From: Saprospiraceae bacterium
GTDB taxonomy: Bacteria > Bacteroidota > Bacteroidia > Chitinophagales > Saprospiraceae
DNA length: 64,000 nucleotides
Direction of reading: 5' to 3'
Assembly (NCBI GenBank): GCA_046299435.1
Contig: JBKBIC010000001.1
Coordinates: 7,875 to 71,874 of the forward strand
Shown here piece after piece: positions 57,776 to 64,000 of this stretch. The notes under the pieces were generated by a model. That model did no database searches. It worked only from the letters and a program-made list of their open reading frames with translations, and was not told where the DNA came from. The position numbers and the translations under genes were made by a program. Numbering within the stretch: the first letter of the stretch is position 1; every line of letters starts with the position of its first letter.

Positions 57776-59188
57776 TCAGTCACGCAGCCGGAGCAAGGCC
57801 ACGTTTTCAATGTGGTGCGTGTGCGGGAACATATCCACAGGCCGTGCTTTCACGGTGTCGTATTTCTCGGAAAGCAATTGCAAATCGCGGGCTTGGGTGG
57901 CTGGGTTGCAACTGACATAAACAATGCGTGGCGCGGATAATTCCAACAAGAATTGCACGGCCTTCTCGTGCATCCCAGCTCGCGGGGGATCGGTGATGAC
58001 CAAATCCGGCTTGCCGTGCCGTTCCGCAAATGCTGGCGACAACACATTTTTCACGTCGCCAGCGTAAAAAACTGTATTTGCAATGTTGTTGAGTTTCATG
58101 TTCTCCTCGGCATCGGCGATGGCCTCCGGGATTTCTTCGATGCCGACGACTTGGCGGCAATATTTGGCAACGTACAGAGCAATGCTGCCCGTCCCCGTGT
58201 ACAGGTCATACACATTCTCATTTCCTTGAAAATCAGCGAATTGCACGACCAAGTCGTACAAGTTTTTCCCTTGCCGGGAGTTGGTCTGGAAGAAGGATTT
58301 AGGCCCAATTTTGAACCGCAGGTCGCCCAGTTTTTCTTCGACGTAGCCTTTGCCGAAGTAGGTGTGCATCGGCAAATCGAACATCGTGTCGTTCAGTTTT
58401 TGGTTGATGCAGTACACCAGCGTCGTGATTTGACCGGTGAAACGCGCCAGAATTGCATCCAAGAATGCCCGGATTTTTTCCTCGTCAGGCTGGGCGACGC
58501 TTACGGTGAGCATCAGTTCGCCCGTTGTTGTTAGGCGTACGACGAGGTTGCGGAGGAAACCCGTGTGCCGACGCATATCATAAAATTCCAAACCTTGCTC
58601 AAAAGTGATGTCGCGGATGCCATTTCGAATGGCATTGGACGGGTCGGCTTGCAACCAACAGTGCTGGATGTCAATCAGTTTATCAAATGCCCCGGCCTTG
58701 TGGAAACCCAGTACGTTGGCCTCATTCGTTTCGCCCGCTTGCATTTCAGCTGTGGTCAGCCAGCGGCGGTTGGCAAATGCAAATTCTAATTTGTTACGGT
58801 AGTAAGTCGTCTCCGGTGCGCCGAGTATGGGCTGGAATTCGCCAATTTCTACTTTGCCGATGCGCCGCAGCGAGTCCTCCACAACTTGTTGTTTGTGAGC
58901 AAGTTGTGTTTGATAATCAAGGTTTTGCCACTTGCAGCCGCCGCAAACCTCGAAGTGCTGACAGAACGCTTCGACCCGGTGCGGCGACATTTTCCGAAAC
59001 TCAATGGTGTAACCTTCTGCAAAACCGCCCTTCTTTTTTTGCACAAAAACATCCACCACGTCGCCCGGCACTGCGCCTTCGACGAAGACGACCAAGCCAT
59101 CGTCCGTGCGTCCCACACCTTTGCCCCGGTCGGCGATGCCCGTTATGTGGACGCTCGGTAGTACGATATTTTTCTTTTTTCTTGCCAT
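57776..59188 (-). CDS. rlmD: 23S rRNA (uracil-C5)-methyltransferase (RlmD/RumA family)
   Basis: Trimmed to ATG 59188. TRAM domain, Fe-S motif CQHFEVCGGCKWQ, SAM motif DLYTGTGSIAL, and catalytic VYVSCNPATQARD. Confidence 0.85.
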   Translation of the reverse strand: MARKKKNIVLPSVHITGIADRGKGVGRTDDGLVVFVEGAVPGDVVDVFVQKKKGGFAEGYTIEFRKMSPHRVEAFCQHFEVCGGCKWQNLDYQTQLAHKQQVVEDSLRRIGKVEIGEFQPILGAPETTYYRNKLEFAFANRRWLTTAEMQAGETNEANVLGFHKAGAFDKLIDIQHCWLQADPSNAIRNGIRDITFEQGLEFYDMRRHTGFLRNLVVRLTTTGELMLTVSVAQPDEEKIRAFLDAILARFTGQITTLVYCINQKLNDTMFDLPMHTYFGKGYVEEKLGDLRFKIGPKSFFQTNSRQGKNLYDLVVQFADFQGNENVYDLYTGTGSIALYVAKYCRQVVGIEEIPEAIADAEENMKLNNIANTVFYAGDVKNVLSPAFAERHGKPDLVITDPPRAGMHEKAVQFLLELSAPRIVYVSCNPATQARDLQLLSEKYDTVKARPVDMFPHTHHIENVALLRLRD

Positions 59189-59567
59189 AGGGGCGCGAAG
59201 GTAGGGCATGGGGCGGGCAGTTCGTTTTGAGGCAGCGTCATTTCCGTTCGTCTCCCATCCGCGATGATTCGTCCTGCCAAATGTGTTTTTTATCTCTCTT
59301 TTCAGGGTAAACTGCAACCTCGCGTGTCTTCAGTCGCTCTCATGCTTGGCCGAACAGAAACGATGTTTCGTCAAAAAAGGATGACCCGCGAACGGTGCCG
59401 CTCCCACTTTTGTCGCCGAAAATCTACCGTTTATAGAATAGTACCAAGTTTTAACAGGTACTATGTTTTAAAAAGTACCAAAACACCACACCTTTGCTGC
59501 ATCAAGTGCAACTGAAACAAAAACAACTTTCAATTTTTTGTGCCGCCCGGCACCCAATCATTAAGTT

Positions 59568-62009
59568 ATGAAAACCATCCTCCTTTCCTTTTCCCTGCTT
59601 GTGGCCGTTTTCCAGACGGCGTTTTCCCAAAAAATAACAGGCTCTGTCGAAGCCGCTGGCAAGCCAGCTGATTTTGCCACTGTCCTCCTGAAGGCCGCGA
59701 AAGACTCTTCGCTCGTGCGCGGCACGGTCACGGGCGAAAACGGCACCTACGATTTTCCGGGCATCGAACCAGGCATGTATTTCATCGAAGCCAGTTCTTT
59801 GGGCTTGGGCAAAGGCGCCAGCCGAGCCTTTGAATACAAAGGCGGCACCTTCGCGGTGGACGGCATCGAACTGACCGAAACCTCCAAAGAAATCTCCGAA
59901 GTGGTCGTCGTGGCCCGCCGCCCGCCCGTTGAGGTCAAGGCCGACAAGACGATTCTGAACGTCGAAGGCACCGTCAACTCTACTGGCCTGAACGCGCTCG
60001 AGCTGCTTCGCAAAGCTCCCGGCGTGACGGTGGACAACAACGAAAACGTGCAGGTGAAAGGCAAAAACGCCGTCAAAATCATGATTGACGGCCGCGATGT
60101 GCCGCTCGACGGCAAAGACCTTTCCGCTCTTTTGAAGGGCACGCAGGCCGCCGACATTGCCAACATCGAAATCATCTCGAACCCTTCGGCCAAGTACGAC
60201 GCGAGCGGCAACGCGGGCATCATCAACATCAAATTGAAGAAAAACAAAGCCCTCGGCACCAACGGCAACATCGGCCTCGAAGGCGTGTACGGCGAGACAG
60301 CCAAAGGCGGCCTGAACGCCAGCCTGAACAACCGCAGCAAAAATGTCAACGTGTTCGGTTCGTTCAACAACCACTACGGCGACTGGCACAACACCAACGA
60401 TTTTGTGCGGACGCAGAACGGCACACAGTTCGACCAACGCGCCAAAGATATCTGGATGAGCCGCTGGAGCAGTGCCCGTGCAGGCGCGGATTGGTCGCTG
60501 AACAGCAAGCACACTGTCGGCGTATTGGCCAACGGCAGCTACAATCACGGCGGCTGGGAATCCAAAAGCCGCACCCAAATCAGCCAAACGGCTACAGTCT
60601 CCAACATTGATTCGCTGCTCGTTGCCACCAACACCCAAGACCTCACCCACACAAACTACAATTTCAATGTCAACTACCGTTTTGCCGACACCTCCGGCCA
60701 CTCGCTGAACATTGACATTGACCGGGGCTTCTACCGCAACCGCAGCAACAGTTTCCAGCCCAACGATTACCGCTCCACCGACAACGCGGAACGCATCAAC
60801 TACCTGCTCTACAAAAACAACACCCCGACCGATATTGACATCACGACTGCAAAAGCCGACTACGAGCAAAACTTGTTAAAAGGCGTGCTCGGCGTGGGCT
60901 TCAAAATCGCCAATGTCGAAACTGATAACACCTTCGACTTTTTCAACGTCATCAACGGCCAAGACGACCTCGACGAAAACCGCAGCAACCGCTTCGTTTA
61001 TGAAGAGCGCACGACCGCCGGCTATGTGAACTACAACCGGAAATTCGGCAAAAAACTCAACCTGCAGGCGGGCCTCCGGCTGGAAAACACCGACTACATG
61101 GGCGACCTCCAAACCTACAACAACACCGACTCGACAGTGGAGGCCACCTACACCAAACTGTTCCCCAGCGCGGCTGTGACCTACTCGTTCACCGACAAAA
61201 TCGGCCTGAACGCCACCTACAGCCGCCGCATTGACCGCCCATCGTACCAAGACCTCAACCCGTTCGAGAACAAACTGGACGAGCTGACCTACCAGCGCGG
61301 CAACCCCCGCTTGCGCCCACAATTCACCAACAGCTTCGAGATTGCCCCGACCTATCAAGGCTATCCGGTGCTTTCGCTCGGCTATAGCCACACGAATGAT
61401 GTGTTCACGCAGGTGCTCGGCATTGACCCCGACAACCCGCGAGCCGCTTTCATGACGAACGAGAACTTGGCCGACCAGAAAAACTGGACATTGAGCCTCA
61501 ACGCTCCGACCCCCATCACCAAATGGTGGGACGGCTTCATCAGCCTCACGGGTTTCCGCAGCCACTTCGAGGCGCGTTTTGACGACGGTTTCAGCGAGCC
61601 ATTCGAGATTGACCAAGCGTTTTCGGCTTTCAATGGCTACTGCGAACAGAACATCAAATTGCCCAAAGGCTTCGGTTTGCAGGTGTCCGGCTGGTACAAT
61701 TCTGCTTCGTTTTGGGGCACCATGCGCGCCAAACCGCAGGGCGCGATGGACGTGGGTTTGCAGAAAAAACTCTGGGACGGCAAGGGCGAGATGCGCCTCC
61801 GCGTCGGCGACGTGCTCGGCACTGCGGGTTGGAGGGGCGAAAACGTGTTCACGCCGGGCCTCGTGTTCATCGGGCGCGGCACATGGGAAAGCCAAACCGT
61901 CACGCTCAACTTCTCCTACCGCTTCGGCAGCTCCGAGGTGAAGGCCGCCCGCCAGCGCAAAACCGGCCTTGATGAAGAAAGTCGCCGCGTGAAAGGCGGG
62001 AAGGGATAA
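59568..62009 (+). CDS. Large outer-membrane beta-barrel protein, paralog of 17944-20397
   Basis: Same architecture and many shared blocks: ITGSVEAAGKPADFATVLL, VQVKGKNAVKIMIDGRDVPL, IEIISNPSAKYDASGNAGIINIKLKKNK, LFPSAAVTYSF, DRPSYQDLNPF, and the tail RQRKTGLDEESRRVKGGKG. Confidence 0.8.
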   Translation: MKTILLSFSLLVAVFQTAFSQKITGSVEAAGKPADFATVLLKAAKDSSLVRGTVTGENGTYDFPGIEPGMYFIEASSLGLGKGASRAFEYKGGTFAVDGIELTETSKEISEVVVVARRPPVEVKADKTILNVEGTVNSTGLNALELLRKAPGVTVDNNENVQVKGKNAVKIMIDGRDVPLDGKDLSALLKGTQAADIANIEIISNPSAKYDASGNAGIINIKLKKNKALGTNGNIGLEGVYGETAKGGLNASLNNRSKNVNVFGSFNNHYGDWHNTNDFVRTQNGTQFDQRAKDIWMSRWSSARAGADWSLNSKHTVGVLANGSYNHGGWESKSRTQISQTATVSNIDSLLVATNTQDLTHTNYNFNVNYRFADTSGHSLNIDIDRGFYRNRSNSFQPNDYRSTDNAERINYLLYKNNTPTDIDITTAKADYEQNLLKGVLGVGFKIANVETDNTFDFFNVINGQDDLDENRSNRFVYEERTTAGYVNYNRKFGKKLNLQAGLRLENTDYMGDLQTYNNTDSTVEATYTKLFPSAAVTYSFTDKIGLNATYSRRIDRPSYQDLNPFENKLDELTYQRGNPRLRPQFTNSFEIAPTYQGYPVLSLGYSHTNDVFTQVLGIDPDNPRAAFMTNENLADQKNWTLSLNAPTPITKWWDGFISLTGFRSHFEARFDDGFSEPFEIDQAFSAFNGYCEQNIKLPKGFGLQVSGWYNSASFWGTMRAKPQGAMDVGLQKKLWDGKGEMRLRVGDVLGTAGWRGENVFTPGLVFIGRGTWESQTVTLNFSYRFGSSEVKAARQRKTGLDEESRRVKGGKG

Positions 62010-62083
62010 GTGATGAGCGATGAATGATAAGTGATGAACTATGCCACATCGCTCATTCACTCATTGACCCACTCACTCATTGG
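62010..62083. repeat. Octamer-repeat element (inverted blocks) downstream of the barrel gene
   Basis: GTGATGAGCGATGAATGATAAGTGATGAA (left), then CATCGCTC ATTCACTC ATTGACCC ACTCACTC ATTGG (right, 62047-62083). It has the same unit and the same ATTGG end as 51579-51615. Confidence 0.75.
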
Positions 62084-62137
62084 TTTTTGGAAAGTTTGAT
62101 TTGGTAATAGTGCACTGACTTTTTGCACAAAAATTAC

Positions 62138-62177
62138 TCGCCCCGGCCGCTGCAAAGTGGCCGGGGCGAATTTTTTT
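62138..62177 (+). terminator. Rho-independent terminator
   Basis: TCGCCCCGGCC (62138-62148) / GGCCGGGGCGA (62159-62169), with a 10-nt loop and then T7. Confidence 0.65.
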
Positions 62178-62372
62178 GGAGAAAAACCTGCACGGCCTGT
62201 GTGCAAAAAGTTGGCAGCCCTGCATCCAACACCCGCACTGTGCATCCGCCGCGTTTGGCGATTTTTCCAATCCAGTTTTCCCAAACTCTATCTGTTTTCA
62301 ATGGTCATGGCGTGGGTTTTCCGCTGCCAATGGCCGGGCATTTCCCATCATTCACCAATCAAACTTTTCCAC

Positions 62373-64000
62373 ATGAAAAACGCGATTTTCTGCCTCTTGC
62401 TGCTGCTGTCCACGGCGGCTTTCCAGAGCAACGGCCCAACCATCCTGACCGGGAAAATCCTGGATGCCGAAACAGGGGAAACCCTCATCGGCGCGAATGT
62501 TTTGATGTTGCAAAACGGCAAGCCCGTGCGCGGCGTGGCATCCGACTACGACGGCATCTACCGCCTCCAACTTGACCCCGGCACTTACGACGTGGAGGTT
62601 TCGTACACAGGCTACACGAGCGAAAAACGGACCGGCGTGCTCGTCCAAGCGGGCCAAATCACCAACTTGGATTTCAGTTTGAAAGCCGGGACACAGTTGG
62701 CGGAGTGCGTCGTCGTGGGAGCCAAGGTATCACTACTCAAAAAAGACCAGGCTTCCTGCGGCTATGTCGTGCAGCCATCAAAGCCCGAAGGCAAACCCAA
62801 AAAGTCCAGAAAAGCGGGCAAGGAAGAGGAGGTAAACATCAGGGGTTCCCGTGCTCAAAACACGAATTACTACATTGACGGGGTGCGCGTCAGCGGCAGT
62901 GCGCCGGAAACCGCGCGGGCTGCGCGAAACAAAAACCATGCGCCAGCCGACACCATCGCGCCACCGGAAGCCACCCGCGAGCAGTACAACGAAATCGTGG
63001 AGAACCCTTTTTTCGAGGTCAAGGACACACCCGTCAGCACATTTTCCATTGACGTGGACGGAGCGGCCTACGCCAATGTGCGGCGTTTTTTGGATGCCGG
63101 CCAACTGCCGCCACGCGATGCCGTCCGCATCGAGGAAATGCTCAACTACTTTGATTATCAATACGATACGCCCCAAAACGGAGACCCGTTCGCGATCACG
63201 ACGGAGCTCGGCGAATGCCCGTGGCAGCCCGGCAACCAGCTGCTGATGATTGCGATGAAAGGCCGCGAGATGGATTTCGGCCAGCTGCCGCCGGGCAATT
63301 TCGTGTTCCTCGTGGATGTGTCGGGCAGCATGGGCGACCCGAACAAACTGCCGCTCGTGCAGCAGTCGCTGTCCCTTTTGCTCGACCAATTGCGGCCCGA
63401 AGACCGCGTCGCGTTGACAGTTTATGCCGGGGCTGCTGGCTTGGTGTTGCCGTCCACGCCTTCTTCGCAAAAGGAAACCATCCGTCAAGCCATCCAAAAC
63501 CTGAGCGCAGGCGGCAGCACGGCAGGCGGCGCGGGTATCCAATTGGCCTACAAAGTTGCGCGGGACAATTTCGCCGCAGGCGGCAACAACCGGGTCATCC
63601 TTTGCACCGACGGTGACTTCAACGTGGGCGCGAACAGCGAGGAGGATTTGACAAAACTCATTGAAAATGAGCGCGAAAGCGGCATTTACCTCACCGTGCT
63701 CGGCTTCGGGATGGGCAACTATCAGGACGGAAAAATGCAGGCCCTCGCCGACAAGGGCAACGGCAACCACGCCTATATTGATGGCTTGGACGAGGCTAAA
63801 AAAGTGCTCGTGCGGGAGTTCGGCGGTACCATGTACGCCATCGCCAAAGACGTGAAACTGCAGCTGCACTTCAACCCGGCGGTCGTCGCGTCATATCGGC
63901 TCATCGGCTACGAAAACCGGGTGCTGGCAAAAGAGGATTTTGACAACGACGCAAAGGACGCGGGCGAACTCGGCGCAGGCCACCGCGTGACTGCCCTGTA
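62373..64000 (+). CDS. von Willebrand factor type A domain protein (YfbK-like) with carboxypeptidase-regulatory-like N-terminus, partial (runs off the right edge)
   Basis: My own translation from ATG 62373 is open to 64000. Signal MKNAIFCLLLLLSTAAFQ; LTGKILDAETGETLIGANV; FFEVKDTPVSTFSIDVDGAAYANVRRFL; MIDAS FLVDVSGSM. It is not in the ORF track because no stop lies in the window. Confidence 0.85.
   Translation, partial: MKNAIFCLLLLLSTAAFQSNGPTILTGKILDAETGETLIGANVLMLQNGKPVRGVASDYDGIYRLQLDPGTYDVEVSYTGYTSEKRTGVLVQAGQITNLDFSLKAGTQLAECVVVGAKVSLLKKDQASCGYVVQPSKPEGKPKKSRKAGKEEEVNIRGSRAQNTNYYIDGVRVSGSAPETARAARNKNHAPADTIAPPEATREQYNEIVENPFFEVKDTPVSTFSIDVDGAAYANVRRFLDAGQLPPRDAVRIEEMLNYFDYQYDTPQNGDPFAITTELGECPWQPGNQLLMIAMKGREMDFGQLPPGNFVFLVDVSGSMGDPNKLPLVQQSLSLLLDQLRPEDRVALTVYAGAAGLVLPSTPSSQKETIRQAIQNLSAGGSTAGGAGIQLAYKVARDNFAAGGNNRVILCTDGDFNVGANSEEDLTKLIENERESGIYLTVLGFGMGNYQDGKMQALADKGNGNHAYIDGLDEAKKVLVREFGGTMYAIAKDVKLQLHFNPAVVASYRLIGYENRVLAKEDFDNDAKDAGELGAGHRVTAL

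Overview
This is a 64-kb chromosomal segment from a GC-rich member of the Bacteroidota. That placement is an inference from T9SS C-terminal sorting domains, PorP/SprF, gldE, TAnnTTTG-type -7 boxes and G-poor leaders with no Shine-Dalgarno; a Saprospiraceae- or Cytophagia-like source is possible but cannot be resolved by eye. All family calls rest on motif recognition in the translations, because no searches could be run.

I support 49 protein-coding genes:
- Core housekeeping: polA, folA, lepA, ssb, mutY, dtd, rpoN, ctaA, thrC, pckA, lspA, rlmD.
- Beta-oxidation: acyl-CoA dehydrogenase, fadD, thiolase.
- Envelope: one TonB-dependent receptor, two paralogous large outer-membrane barrels, an OmpA-family protein, three T9SS cargo proteins and two tandem FtsX/MacB-type permeases.
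- Accessory-looking: an exported MORN-repeat orthocaspase and one PIN-type toxin-antitoxin pair.

I recognised no rRNA, tRNA, CRISPR array, transposase or integrase, and no canonical multi-gene defence or biosynthetic cluster.

The structure not explained by genes is mostly non-coding:
1. A 609-bp gene-free region (45548-46156) carries clustered TTTTCCACA-type DnaA-box 9-mers next to an AT-rich tract. It is a candidate oriC.
2. Families of short tandem units (ATTCACTC octamers; AATCAAC/AATCC units) are arranged as inverted blocks in several intergenic regions, and several run right up to start codons.
3. Several unusually long palindromes occur, including a perfect 34-bp stem between convergent genes and a perfect 17-bp stem 5 nt upstream of the lepA start codon.
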